The notes: generated from the sequence alone by a model not told the origin. Positions 12,708 through 26,800 are shown, numbered from the stretch's first letter. The stretch: DNA of 64,000 nt from Entomortierella parvispora E1425 (GCA_020891255.1 BQFW01000007.1:124001-188000), one strand, 5' to 3'. Translations and numbers: made by a program.

Positions 12708-15700
12708 ATGGCGACGACACCCCCCTCCATCAACATTGCACCGTACATGTCCAAGCAAGTGAACCATTCTGCGACTCGCCATGCATGAATCGAATGAAAA
12801 GAAGAGAGTCGCTTGTTTCCATTCCACTAACTCAATGCATGCTCTGTCTGTGGGCGGGGTTTGTATGAAAAATAGGTTCGTGCGTAGTTTGCATGCGGCA
12901 GAGGATGAAGGGAATCTACAAATGCCATTCACGTACACACAGTTTGGAGCGGTGCTCATGGTCGACATTGTAGGCTTCAGTCAGGTAAGGATCCAGTGGA
13001 GAATGAATGAGTCATCGGACTGTAGCAAAGGAGAGAGGGAGAGAGGAAAAAAAAAAAGGAAAAACGTAAAAAAAGAAAAGCGCGCGCAAACTCCGTGACA
13101 AAGCACAACGCCGCCGACAAACGAAACGCGCGGGACGGACGGACCGACAGCGAAAAGGTGTCTGTGCACAAACACAATATGTGCATTGCGGGTCTGTCTG
13201 TCCGTCTGTCTGTGTGGTCTGTGTGAATGGCTGTGGTCTGTGTTGATGTCTGTATGTCTGGGTGCACGTCAAGAAACACACACCCACGAGCGCATGTCAA
13301 GAGGCTCACTTGTCTTCTCTCCTATGTTTCTAACAACGCGTCTCGTCCTATTCTTGCTTCTCTCGCTCCTGCTTGGCTCTCACATCCTGAATTCCTGGGG
13401 CTGATCATCATTCCCAGATGACTACCATCGCCTCCTCCAAGGGTGACTTTGGAGCAGAGATGCTCTCGTCCCAGATTGGAGCCTATTTCGATCAAGCCAT
13501 CCGCATCATCGAATACCATGGAGGCGATGTTGTCAAGGTAAAGAACCGCATATAGGCATATAGTAGCTTCTCTAGTGCCGCAGCCATTTTACTGACTTCT
13601 TGTGTCCATTTCTCTTGATGGGTCATTATCAAATAGTTCCTAGGGGATGCTCTTCTAGTCGTCTTCCAACCAGATCCCAATCTCGAAAATCATGCTGGAG
13701 CAGAATCACCAACCTCAACCAATCCATTGGATTCGCCCACAAGGGAAGAACCCACCAATGGAACTGCCAGTCGTCGCGACAGAGTTATAGTACGCAAGGC
13801 TGTAGATTGTGGACTAGAGCTGTTGACCCGTCTTTCCAACTACAGGATAGACCTCTCAGAAAAGGACTATGCGCGGAAACTCACTGGACCTAATCAGGAG
13901 GATTCTTCGGGAGGAGCGCCAAACAGCCCCTTCGAAGATGGAAACACAGCCAGTATGGCCACGATGAACAGCAATCAGAGCGGGAACAGCAATTCTCAGT
14001 GGAACAATAGTGCCAGCAGCTCCAGTGGCAGCATAGGGGCTTCTTCGTTTCTCAGCGTCCCGGTGGCTCGACCCAACTCAAATAGCCAAAGCGGAACTGG
14101 GTCTAGCTCTCGTCGATCTTCGGTTCCTAGCAATGCAGTCTCACCCACCACACCCACCATGCCTCAAAAGTTTGCCTCTGTTAGTAATTTGGACCTTACG
14201 GCGAATGGAGGAGGTGGCAGCGGAGGACTTGGAGGCAATGGGGGCAGCGGTGGTTTTCGGAAACGTGATGATACCCTATTGTCTAGCAGACCCGCCTCGA
14301 CAACCTCCAAAAAAAAAGTCGGATCCTTCTTCGCCAATGCGAAAAACTTGTTTACGCATTCCACCTTCAGTGATCGGAACGCGGTACCTGCCGAAGACAT
14401 TCCAGACGAATCCCATGATCTCCAGTTGCATATGGCACTAACGGCTGGACCGATATGTAAGAAATTTTGATCGATCCACCTCGGTGGACGTTACGCTAAC
14501 AACATGTTTCTCCAGTACTGATGACATCTCTGTTCAATAACCTTCATTGTTTAGCAAATATCATTATTGGCGATATTGGGAGTGAGAATGGACTGGACAA
14601 TCTGTTGATGCAGAACACAGGACGCCTCGAGTATGCGATCTGTGGAGAACAAATGGCAGAGATCGAGGAAGCTCTAAATATGGCTCGCGCTGGAGAGCTA
14701 ACCGTCACAGGCACTGCAATGGGGTATATCAACCCTGAATCATACCCGTTTGAGATCCGGAGGCAATATCATATTCTCAAAAGTATCAACAACCTGAGCG
14801 TGGATCCGTTATTGCGTAGGATCAGGAATGACAAACTTTTTAATACCTCTGTGGAGAGCAACCCCCACTACTACAAGTAAGGGCCATCTTGATTGCTGGA
14901 GCAAGCCATGTGTACAATCTCTTTTCTAACAAAAACTCCTCCATCTGCACGGCTTTTTTTGCTTGACTCTTGTTCAGATATATCAACAAGTCTGCAATCC
15001 ATCGACTTATTCTCAACCCAGACAACAACTTTCCAGCCCAGTTCAGGACGGTGACAATTCTGTTTGTGAGCCTAGGAGATATTAAACCATGGACGCCAGA
15101 GGGGCTTGCCATTTGCCAAAAGGCCATCTTTCAGGTCCATAAAGTGACCTCTGAATACGAAGGCAAGTCTGTCAGTCTGTCTTGTTAACCTCAACTCGTA
15201 GATATGAACATGTCCCTAACACCCATTGCATTTTGTCAAATGAACAGGGTTCATTCAACAGTTTGCAGTGGACGACAAAGGAGCAACGTTACTATGTGCC
15301 TTTGGTCTCCCCTATCCAAGGTCTCATGAGCGAGAGGCCGTATTCGCCGCAAAGTCTGCATGGATGATCCGACGTCGACTGCTGACTCAAGGCATCGAAG
15401 GGTTTAAAATTTCGTTGGCGACTGGTGTTATCTTCACAAGTATGATTGGAAACGAATTCAGACGCGACCCTGCCATTGTGGGAGACACGATCGTGATCGC
15501 AGTCCGTATCCTCAAGATTGAGCATGCAATGGAGTCTGTGGTCTGTGATGATGCCACGAAAGAGGCTTGCACGTCCGATAATGACGGACTCTGTGAATTT
15601 GAGGATATGGGCGAGTTTTTTGTCAAGGGCAAGATCCACCCCTTGCGGATATGGCGCTTAATCCATTTTGGAGCCAAGAAGCAGATCCGAAGACCGGATG

Positions 15701-18700
15701 ATATCATGGTCGATGAAACCATTGGCTACGAACCCGAGAGGGAAAAGGTCAGTCAGTTCATCTCCTCGTGGGAGAAAGTTCCCGACAGGAACACGATCCT
15801 AGTGTCGGGTCCTCGTGGGTCAGGAAAGAGTATGTTTTATCAGCAGATTTGCCACATATCCGACAGGAACGGCTACCATGTTTGCTCAGCGGCGTCGGCC
15901 GAGGTGGAAAAGAACACGCAGTATTATCTGTGCAAGTTTTTGATGCTAGGACTTTTCGACATCATGCGCAGAAAGGAAATCCCGTACGCGGCGAAAGGGT
16001 TCAATAATCTAATGTCCACGTCTCGTGATCTGGGAATATCGGGTCTCTCTCCAGGCTATGGAGAATTGCATCGGCGTCAGACATCCTCCACACCATCGAC
16101 AGCGAACCTCTCCATCAGTTCAGGAGGCCTTAACCAGTCACTGAGTACAGATCCGAGTCCATTGGAGACGCCGAGTGGAACACGTACCCCTGTTGAGGGC
16201 CTCGCCTCGCCTTCCCAGTCCCATTTGGGACCTTCTGTCCGATCCAGTGTCGCTTCAAACGTGCCTTGGGATCTCTCTCTCAGCCCGACCATTAGCCCTT
16301 TTGGTGAGCAGTCCAAGAGAAGTTCAACCTATGTCACTAAGCTTCAGCAGCTGATCAAAGTGTCCTTGCAAAAGATGGGCGAGGGAGACGAAATGATGCA
16401 CATGTTGCACGATATCATTGCTGCCTTGTCTTCTGATTACTCTGCACCGGTCATGGACGATCAAGACGACCAGATGCTGGCGGATTTCATTGTTCGGATG
16501 CTCAACTATGCCAGCACGTTTGTCAAGATCATTGTCATGTTTGAGGATGTCCAATGTAGGGTGAAAAAAACGATGTTTGTATATTCATACTTATTATGTC
16601 ATATCCAATTGATGCTAACGCGTCCTTTTCTTAGGGACGGATTCAAAATCCCTGGACATCATCCAAGCAATCCATGATCGTTGTCCCAAGGTCTTGGTAG
16701 TCATTTTTTCGCGTCCGCAACGCGATTACGGAGGCAATATCCTGCGCAATATCACCGGCCACTTCAAACACCTAGAGATTTCTATTGATGGACTGAAACG
16801 ACGTGAGATCGAGCTGGCTTTGCTGAAGACATTTGAAGAGAATGGCGTGACCAAGATCAGTCCTGAGGTCACCGAGCTAGTTCAGACAAAGACCAAGGGC
16901 AACCCAAAGTTTGTCAAGAACATGGCCAACATGCTCAAGGATTTTTGCCATGTGAACATTGTTGAAGGTGAACTGGTATCGACCGGCCAGGATTCTGACT
17001 TGAGTGGATCTTATCAGAATGCAGAGGAGATGGAACAAATGCTGGTCAAGCAGGATCGAAAAAAGATGATCCTCATGCAGTACGATCGGATGCCGCCAAA
17101 ATTTCAAGATTTTCTCAAGATTGCCAGTTGTCTTGGAGATCAGTTCTCCTTGGCGGAAGTGTCGGCGATTCGGCCCTTGGAGTCCATGTTGGGAGTGCCA
17201 GAGCCAGGGAGGAGCTTTCCGACCATGATTAGCGATCTGGACACGTTCAGGTTTTTGTCCATTACGACGGATCACCAACAAACCAACGTCAAGTTTTCGG
17301 AAGATGTGGTGATGAACACTCTCTATACCTTTGGATCCAGTTCGACTGCAACCGACATTTACGAATCGATTCCTTACGAAGAACGCGTATCTTATCATCT
17401 GACCATGGGTCAATTCTACGAGTCCTTCTTGGAACCATCGCAATTGTACGAGTCTGTTCTGGATCCAGGTCAGTTCTCGGATCTCTTGCCTCTCATCAGT
17501 CGCCATTACCTCAAGACGGAAGCCACAGAGAAGAAAATCAAATACCTCAAAGCCCTCTCGGCCTTTGATCTCAAGAGTAACATGCTCTCGGATGCCTCAC
17601 AAAGACTTTCAGATCTGATCGACATTGTAAATACGGCTCGGGGAGGAAACGGAGCAGGGATGGTCAGTGAAGCGGATCTAGCCGACATCTATGGAATGAA
17701 GGGAGAAGCTCTATCGCGAAGGATGCGCATCGATGAAGCCGAGCCTGCGCTGCTGGACAGCCTAAAGCGATATGGTATCCATTGGCCCGAGACCCCTCAG
17801 CAGTGGCGTGTTGCCCTTTTAATGGAGAAGTGGAAATTTAATCTGCATGGAGTGGCCACGCCTCCATCACCAAGGAGGAAGCCAGCCAAAGCCAAGGTGG
17901 ACAACAAGACCAAGACCAATCTGCAGAGAATCATCCGGGTTCTGGGCTGTTTACAAAACATTTACTTTTGGAAGACAGAGCCCAATGCAGCCATGCTGTC
18001 GACTCTGTACACACTCAATTACTCGCGCAAGCTGGGCCTTCCTTCGAGTGAACAGACCGTGTCTCTAGGCCGATATGGTATCCTTAACTACTTCAAGGGC
18101 AACAAACAGACATGCATGGAATACATGGAAAAGGCTCGGATCGCAGACGAGGCTGGTGATGGCACGGATGGCATGCTCTTGTCGATGCGAGGATATATCG
18201 AGTACTGTGAAGGACGACCAGAATCTGCCCACCGAATGTTTGCGGATGCCATTAGTGAGAGCAAGAGCTTTGGCGTGGTTTCGAACTTTGCGACGTTTTA
18301 TCGATCCGTCATTCTAAAGTGCGCTTACCGGATGTGGGAGGGCTCCTTTAATGTTCATCCGGAGGATTCTGCTCTCCTGAGGGCCATGTCTGCAGTTGCG
18401 ATCCAGAATGGTGACTCTGAAGGCGAGACCTTGTTCGCGATCCCCACACTGGCGAACCTTCTGATCCAGGATCGACTTCGGGATGCTGAAAGTTGGGTCG
18501 TCTTGATTGAGCGTCATATCATGCCGAAATCTCGACTGATGAACTTGCTGGTGATCCATGGAATGTTGAGTTACTACTATTCCAAGATGGGTCATTTCTC
18601 CAAAGCGCGGATCTATGCAGAACTTGTCGCCGAAAGACTCCACGAGCAAGGAGTCGCCGCGCATCCGTTCCCGTTGATGTGTTGCGCCTTCACGATCATG

Positions 18701-19300
18701 TCCCTGTACGAGATGTTGGACTCTTCATCGAGCCAAAACAACAGTACCTGTGGTCCTGGCCCTCTTGTCCCTTCGTCGTCCACATCCTCGTTTTCGTCGA
18801 CTCAGCTGTCCTCCGTGCTTGGGTCCGGGAGTGCATCCTGTTCTACATCTGGAAGCACGGTGAATGACTCTTCGTTTTGTGTCCACAAGACGGATATGAT
18901 CCTCCGACCAGTGATCCATTGCCTAACACAGGATCCCTTTCAATCTGTGGCGCTTTGTTTTGTGACTTTGGCGGACGCACTTCGACATTTTGTTCACCAA
19001 GGAAACCAGCACCAGCAACGGGAGGGTCTACACAAGCTGCACCGGAGTTGGGAACGGTTCTCGAAAGAGCTAGAAGGAATTCAGTTTGTGAAGGCGTACT
19101 ATTTGACGAGGATGGGCCGACACTCGGAGGACCCGAGAGAAAAGTCAAGGCACTACTGCGATGCCTACGTGTTGTTTGTGTCGATGGCCATGGATCCCTC
19201 GGGCTGGCTGACAGACCTACCGGTGAATTGGCAGGAACCCAAAGCGGCGGGGCTGATACAGATGGAGTCGACCATTGGATCGATTGCGACACCTAGCTAA
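12708..19300 (+). CDS. ADCY10-like soluble adenylyl cyclase: tandem class III cyclase domains, STAND P-loop NTPase, helical/TPR-like C-terminus
   Basis: C1 motifs LMVDIVGFS and KFLGDA. C2 motifs TILFV, QFAVDDKGATLLCAFGLP and IVGDTIVIAVRIL. Walker A SGPRGSGKS and Walker B IVMFEDVQ. Start at 12708 inferred through a GC-AG intron (12755-12875) that restores the frame. Confidence 0.88.
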
Positions 19301-19531
19301 GGAAGAACCTGCTCCTCGTAATAAAAAAAAAGAAAAAATCTGCTCTCATCCGAAATTGTCAGATCTCGCGAAATTGCCATCATGCTCCCCATGGCAAGTT
19401 CGTTGGATTATCAAAAGTTGCTGAGCTTTGTTTGGTGAATCTGAAGAACAACATGTCGTCCATTTGTTGTATGTCGCTGGTATATATTTTTTATTTTATT
19501 TTTTGCGCTTTTTGGGTGTAGTTCAATGGAG

Positions 19532-20484
19532 CTACTCCTCAGAGGACGAGGTCTTCAAAATCTCTTCAACTAGTTCCTTAACTTCATCGTCATCTCCTCC
19601 GGCATACTTGATGGTACCGCCCACTACCAACATAAGGGCGGGGTAAAAAGCATACTGGGATCTTTCGTGCAGGGCTATTTTTTTTTTTTTTCCCACAGAC
19701 ATAAACCGATTAGTATCCCTTTCTTTTGTGTTGATCACCAAATGAATTTCTCTCATCTGCATAAACTTACATTTTTTCGCAAAGTTGTCGACATTGTCAG
19801 CGTATTGCGCATAGCGGAATTTCTCCTTGTTCTCTTCCACAAAGGCCTTTGCCTTCTCGACATCGTCCTTTCCGTTCCTGACAGATGCATCGTTGTTGAT
19901 ACCGATGGCCGCAATGCGTCCTGCATGCTTCTCTGCAAAATCAGACAGCTCGGGCGCAAGGTCAATGCAGGGTCCGCACCTAACAAGGTTGTGCAAGAGA
20001 CCATGGTTGTCAACATAAACGGTTCAATGATCATTATCCAACGTCGCGATCCCTTGTTGAAAAGACAACGCAGACAGGGGCAAAGTGGCAGTTCTTACCA
20101 TGTGGCCCAAAAATCAAGAATGACAATGTCCTCCTTGCCCTCGTACTTGGTTCCAGAGATGTGATGGATCTTTCCAAGGAGCTCCAGGACATCCAACTTC
20201 TCACCCAGAAGGGGACTCTTCCAGTTCTTTCGGGTGCACAGAGGAGGGCCGGCCTTGAGTTTGTCACGGATATCCTCGTACGAGTTCAAGTTGTGTGCAG
20301 ACAGGTAATCAAAAGGATTCTCGACTCCAATCTCTTTCATTTGGCCCTTGAAGACCTCAACGGCCTCCCAGAAAGGCTCTTCCTCCCAGGTGTCTTCGTA
20401 CTTTTCAGAAAAGGCGCTACGAAAGGTGCCGTAGTAGATGCCAGGAATGGCTTCCTTTTGTTCTTCAGTGTATTCTTGGGGCAT
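19532..20484 (-). CDS. TlpA/redoxin-family thioredoxin-like protein, copy 1 (3 exons)
   Basis: VILDFWATW|CGPC active site joined across a GT-AG intron (about 20097-19981); IAAIGIN motif follows. Confidence 0.85.
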
Positions 20485-21631
20485 GGCCGAAAAGGGGATA
20501 GAGGTAAGGAGAGAAAGGAACGCTGTTTCTTCAGGGTTGATGTTGTCGGTCGGTACTTATAAGAGAAGAAGTACAGGGGGTGCGCGCGCTCGCCCGCAGT
20601 CCGTGCTTTTCTTTTGCTTTATTGCTTTACTGCCGCAGCGACAGCAAGTCCAACCCATCCAATCCTCTGTTCCAGTTTATCCACTGTTACTCAACATTTG
20701 GTCCATTCATTATTGTGATCAATTGGTCCACTTCTCCTTTTTGGCACTTTCTTTAGTCACAAGGGCGATAGGATCTTTCCTCTTCTTCCTGCTGGGAAAT
20801 GAGCAAAAATTAACCGAACAGGAACAGGGACAGGGAGGGCGAGGGGAGCCACGAAACCTTGAGTTTAACCGCCCTGGGGTTAAAACGCCCTTGAGGTTCT
20901 TCTGATTTCGTGATATTTGTTCGATTGCGGCCTTCAGGGCAGAGCAAAGAGGTGTGCTGCCTTTTTTTTTTTTCCTTTCCTTGAGAGCTGAAAGTCAAAC
21001 ACATAGAATAATGTTAGCTGCACTTTTTGGCCACAAGGTCCTCGCCCTCGCCCTCAGAGCTTAAAGATTGAAGAGAGCAATCCCTGTGTCCCTGTGACAA
21101 CGGATGGCCCCAGTACCAATAGCATGTCTCCTTTCTTCACGGTTAAGGGAATCTTTCTTGGAGGTGATTGGCCTTTTCTCGATTTTTGTGTAACTTGATT
21201 CTCTCTGGAAAGCACATGCTCTCCAAAAGGAATCTCTTGAACAAGAAGGTATCAAAGGAGGCAAGCTTTCGACCTAACACTCCAGTTACTGTTTTTGTCC
21301 TTCAGTTCTGCATCAAAGGTATCAATTGCTATCTATGTCTGTTGATGTCGACGCACATCAAAACCAGTAGCAGATAACCTCATATCTGCAGACAGGGCTA
21401 GCCCTTGCGTTGTGGTTAATAACGACGGAGCTGCCGATTCCAGGAACAGGAGGAGCCGGCGAAATGCTGATGCCTTGGAGAGGTTGAGAATCCAGTTATC
21501 GTCCCTGAATGTATCAATGAAGATACGGTTAGTGGATCGAGTGCCGATGCTACCAACGATATTGTTTCAGCCGTTCTCATCCTTTGAACTGACGCGTCAA
21601 TGAGAGACTGGGTGAAAGCACATATGGCACT

Positions 21632-21960
21632 CAAGTTACAGCGCAACCTGGGAACAGCTGGATAGAAATGAAAGGAATTTTAGTCTGTGAAGGCGTACTA
21701 TCTGACGAGGACGGGCCGACATTCGGAGGAGCTGAGAGAAAAGTCGCGGCACTATTGAAATGCCTACGTGTTGTTTGTGTCGATGGCCATGGATTCAGTT
21801 GACAGGAGGACCCACCAGTGAGTTGGCAGGCACCCAAAGTAGCGGAACTGACGCAAATGGAGTCGACTATTGGATCGATTGCGACACCCAGCTCGAAAGT
21901 ACATACCTGTTCCTTGCAATACAAACAAAAAAAATCTGCTCTCTCGCGAAATTGTTGGTC
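21632..21960 (+). pseudogene. Degenerate duplicate of the adenylyl cyclase 3' end (copy of about 19033-19380)
   Basis: Matches such as gtgaaggcgtactat..gacgagga.gggccgac and atgcctacgtgttgtttgtgtcgatggccatggat are shared with 19086-19200; stops and indels are present. Confidence 0.85.
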
Positions 21961-22254
21961 CTGACCCAGATGCCATTCTTCTGATTTCGCGCCAATCGAC
22001 AAGTTTGCTGGGGCACCCAAAGCTGTAAGGCTGCGTTGGATTTGAAGAGAACACAATATACTATATTAGTCATCGATGATGGCTTTTGGCCACCCTTCTT
22101 TCACCTCTTGCATGGGGCTCAGTAGATTTTATTTTCTACCGTTTTTTTTTTTTTTTTGCTTTCCTATAGTTTCATTTTTTTTCTTTTTGCATTTTTCAAC
22201 TTTTTTTTCTTTTTTCTTTTTTCTTCTGGTTAGTTTGTGCACAGTTCAACTGAG

Positions 22255-23185
22255 CTATTCCTCGGGGCATGAGGTCTTCAAAGCTTCTTCTAAGTGACCC
22301 TGGAGTTGAGCCTTTTCTCCGACAAACTTGATAGTGCCGTTGACCACCAAAACGAGTGCGGGGAAAAAAATGTACTGAGATCTATCGTGCAGGGCTGTGT
22401 TTTTTTCCCGCAAAAGATGCAAACCAAATTAGCAATTTTGCCGCATCTAATACATTTTCTGTCATGCAACGAAGGACATACACGTTTTAGCAAGGTTCTC
22501 GGCATTGTCCACGTATTGGATGTAGCGGAACTTTTCCTTGTGTTCTTCAAGGAAAGCTTGAACCTTTTCAACATCATCCTTTCCATTCCTGGCAGACGCA
22601 TCGTTGTTGATACCGATGACCGCAACGCGTCCTGCGTGCTTCTCTGAAAGATCAGAGAGCTCAGGTGCAAGCGCAATGCAGGGTCCACACCTACAACGAT
22701 TTGCAAAGATAGGGATGTTCAAATAAACGTTCCATTGCCATTCAAACACGCGTCACATGTTGCAACGCGACATAGACATGGGTCAAGGCAAACTCGTACC
22801 AAGTGGCCCAAAAGTCAAGGATGACAATGTCCTCCTTGCCCTCATATTTGGCTCCAGAGACGTAATGCAACTTTTCGAGGAGCCCCAGGACATCCACCTT
22901 CTCATCCACAAGGGGACTCTTCCAGTTCTTCCGGGTGCACATGGGAGGACCGGCCTTGAGTTTGTCACGAATATCCTCATACGAATGCAGTTGGAATCGA
23001 CCAAAGAAGTCAAAGGGGTTCTCCACACCAAGCTCTTTCACTTGGACCTTGAAGACCTCAACGGCCTTCCAGTAAGTCTCTTCCTCCCAGTTTTCTTCAA
23101 ACTTTTCGGAAAAGGGGGTTCGGAAAGTGTCGTGATAGATCGCGTGAAGACCCTTTCTTTGCTCCTCGGTGAATTCTTGGGGCAT
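22255..23185 (-). CDS. TlpA/redoxin-family thioredoxin-like protein, copy 2 (tandem paralog)
   Basis: MPQEFTEEQ start parallels copy 1 (MPQEYTEEQ); same intron positions; DFWATW|CGPC; ends KTSCPEE. Confidence 0.82.
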
Positions 23186-23449
23186 GGTTGAAAATAAGTA
23201 ACCGAGTAGAGACAGAGAGATACAAAGAGAACGTAAGGAGGAAAAGAGGGAGGGAGCAAGGGACGCCGTTATATTCAGGGTGAGGCATGAGTATTTATAA
23301 AAGGAAAAGGGCGGGCGTGCGCTCGGCAAACAGTCCGTGCTTGCTTGCTGTCCGAAGCGACGACTTCATCTTATCCGATCCCTGCTCAAGTTTATCCGCT
23401 CTACTCAAGATTTGCATTACGCAGAGTTGTCCATCAGTCCACAGTTTAT

Positions 23450-23532
23450 GGGTGTATAGATTTTACTGTTGATTCCTGTATAGAGTTATGAACCTTACGT
23501 CTGAGAATGAACGTTGTGTCTGAAAATAGAAT
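23450..23532 (+). repeat. MULE left TIR, followed by a duplicated subterminal unit (gagaatgaacgtt..gaaaatagaatgggtgggatgccag at 23503-23587)
   Basis: Reverse complement of 32720-32802 with few mismatches. Confidence 0.92.
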
Positions 23533-23874
23533 GGGTGGGATGCCAGAGAATGAACGTTTGCCGAAAATAGAATGGGTGGGATGCCAGCGTTACTCACAGA
23601 CCACTTCCAAACCCTGGCTCAATCCAGCGACGAAGGACTAGCAGCTGGCCTGTGTGTGCTGCCTGTTGACACCGAAAAAACAGACAGAGGGATATAGCTT
23701 TGTAGCCATCTTGATAGTCGACTGGACTTGTTCAAGCTGTAAACAGTTGGGCTCGAACTTCACTTTACGCACTTTGCTCAATAAAACTCGCCTCACAGAA
23801 AAGACAAAAAGACGTTCAAAAAATCACCAGCTTTATTCTCTTCTTTCTCTTCTTTCTTTCCTTCTCTCCTTTGC

Positions 23875-26800
23875 TCAAAGTTCACTATCTAGCGCATCCT
23901 GAGCCTCGGCATGATGGCCCACAGGAAGCGCTGCCATGCAGCTGTGGTTGAAGTGGTAAGAGACATTGTCTACTCTCTTAATATCATCCCCCGAGATAGT
24001 TGTAAAAACAAACCTGCGACTATCGCGCTCGAGCTCTTCCTTGCAAGCACCGCAAACAGGCCGCTTCCCTTTCTTGCTGACAGAACAAACACTAAGACCA
24101 GCAGGGTAGTAGGTCTTCTTACTACGGCGGGTCTTGAGAGTGTCTTGAAAGGGTGGCAAAGTGACCTCTCCTCTTTGGCTTCGGCGAGTGCCAATCACCT
24201 TGGTTTCGCTACTGGCAGTACTCTTGGCCTTGCCATTAGCACTGACAGACGGAGAGCCCTTCTGAGGCTTGGCAGACTCCTTGCACGGATTGGTATCACT
24301 CCTGTCAACAGTACTGGTGCTATGTGATTCGGCATCTGCAGTTGGGCTGCCATTGCTTGAGCCCATCGAAACGACATCTTTTGCGATCAGCGACAAGTCC
24401 TCCTCCGGGTCTGGGCGCTCAATAATATACCAAACATGAATGATTCGGTAGCCAGGGGGGATGAGTGACCGACTTGATTGGTACATTGCGGATGAGTCTT
24501 CCTCTTCTCGCTCCATCATACACAAATGCAACCGTACCAGCAAAGACCGTGCAACAGAAGTGCGTCCCGTTACTGTACATTATGGCTGCTCGCTTGTAAT
24601 CCTTGAGGTTCATGGTCAGAAACGCCGGAGGTATACATGGTCCTGCTTCTCCATTGACTTCATAAGCGGATTGAAGGAAGTCGAGAACCAACATATAGGG
24701 ATGGGTTGTCAAAGTTATCGGCCCTGTTGATTTTTCTCTCTCCTGCGCAGGCGTGCCAAAACTCAAGCCCTCCATCGACATTGATCAGCGACTCCACTCT
24801 TGTGTCCTCTCCGATCATCTCGGAATCACCCCCAGATGATATGTCGACCTTGGTTGAACAAGTAAACTCAGTCTGACGAGTCCATGATTGGTCAAAAGAA
24901 CTCTGGGTAATCCTCGCGCAGGCCGACATCACAACTGCTCTTGGGGTGAACATTTCGATCCGCTGTGGACATTCCAATCGGGTGCACTCCGTCGTTCTTA
25001 CTGTCTCGAAACGCGTCAAACCAGGTAGAATATCAAGAAATACCTCCTCCAAACTCTTGAAGAGGTCATGGTGCTGATCTCCAGCTAGCTCCATCGCCTC
25101 AGTGCACCACAGCTCTCGCGCGTAGTCGTACCGTGTGGCCCGGATCTCCTCCATAACTCGTAACAACGTTTGACCCGCATTTGATCTTGCGACGGCTGAT
25201 GGGAGAGTCGCCCCAGAATATTTTGATAGCAGGAACCAGGCCATCAAAGTTGTGTCGACAGGGCAACTGTTCTCGAATGTGAATCGATTCGCAACAGGCT
25301 CTTGTCTCCTCCATGGGATCCCAAAGGTATCCCAGTCGATATCTCCGACAGATCTGATGGAGGGCAATACATTACGACTTCCTCTTGGCCGTCCTGCACC
25401 TCTGCCTTCGGTGTCCCTTCCTGTGTCCCTGGGTTCGATGACACGCTTTCTTTTGGCACCCTTTGCTTTGGTGTTGGTTTCTTCGTCAAGAAGGGCCTTG
25501 GTGGTGTCCGGTGCTCGACCGTCATTGGTGTACTTGACATTTACCAGTGGCTTTTCTTGGCACGAAGCTGTCGTGCTGTGCCCGCAACTTCATCCCAGCA
25601 GTCTTCCTTCGATTTTTTGCACCTTCTCTGGATGATCGAGACCTCTGTGTAGGATTTTCCTTCCTGCTGTCCTTGTAGCGAAGAACACCACCCTGACACA
25701 CGAATTCGAAGTCCTCCATGAAGCTCTCCTGGTATCTGACGATCGCTGAGACCCCCTGGATGATCGAGCAAGTTGGGTGCGTACGCTTGACGAATAACTT
25801 GAAGTCTCCTCCCAGACTCTCCTGGGCGTTGGTGTCTTTACTGATTGTTTCCTTCGCTGCAACATCCCGAAGTGCAGGGAAAATAATCTTGGAACGATCT
25901 TGATGAAGGTAGAAGTCAAGCCAACGGCGGATCTTGGGAAACCTCTCTAATAATCCGGCTACCATATTATCGAACTCGAAGCGGGTCACAGAGCTGGATG
26001 CAAGCATCATGGCGTCAACGTAGAAGTCCATCTCCTTTCCCGGTGGAATAATGGCGCCATTTTTGCGAATCCGGACTACCGATCGCTCGTAATGGACAAT
26101 GCAGTAGCCAAAGTATCGCTCGAGAACGAAGTCTTCAGGAGCGATGTCAAAACGCTCAAGAACAGCGTCTTTGAATCCAATTCGCTCTGCATCTGCAAAG
26201 TCACAGGTCATCCCAGGAAAGTTTTCGTCGAAGTCGTCCCAGTCTCGATAATTAAGGACGTCGAATACGGCCAGGAAATGCTTCTTGTAGTGTTCGGAGG
26301 TCTTGCCAAGGTGGATCGTCATTGTTATCGGTACTGTCCGGTCAACAAAAATCACTGAAGGCCGAGGTGACCGTAACGCAGATATCGGCGTAGTGGTCGT
26401 CCGTTACAATATCATGAATCGAATCCGTCGACAACGAAGAATCCAGTGTCTGAGCGTGCTCTCGGATAAAGTCAATGACAATTGATATGTGTCCATCAAA
26501 CGATGAAATACTTGAGGACACTACGAAGCAGGACCCGACCACTTCCTCCAAAGCCGCTAGCGAACCAAGGTCGTTGGCGCTTCGATTCTTGTGTATGATC
26601 TTGTTCCGGAGGTGTCTCACATAGCTGAGATTGCGATATACCATATACTTCCGGCTGATGGGGTCTCGCAACTCCGTCTTGTGGAGAAGGTGCTTGGGTC
26701 TGCTTTCAGGAGCCGTAGAAACAATCGTCTCCAGGTAATTCAACGCATCCTGCGACGCGCGCTTCGGGATTGGTGCCTGATGTGTATGGTAACCGCGATG

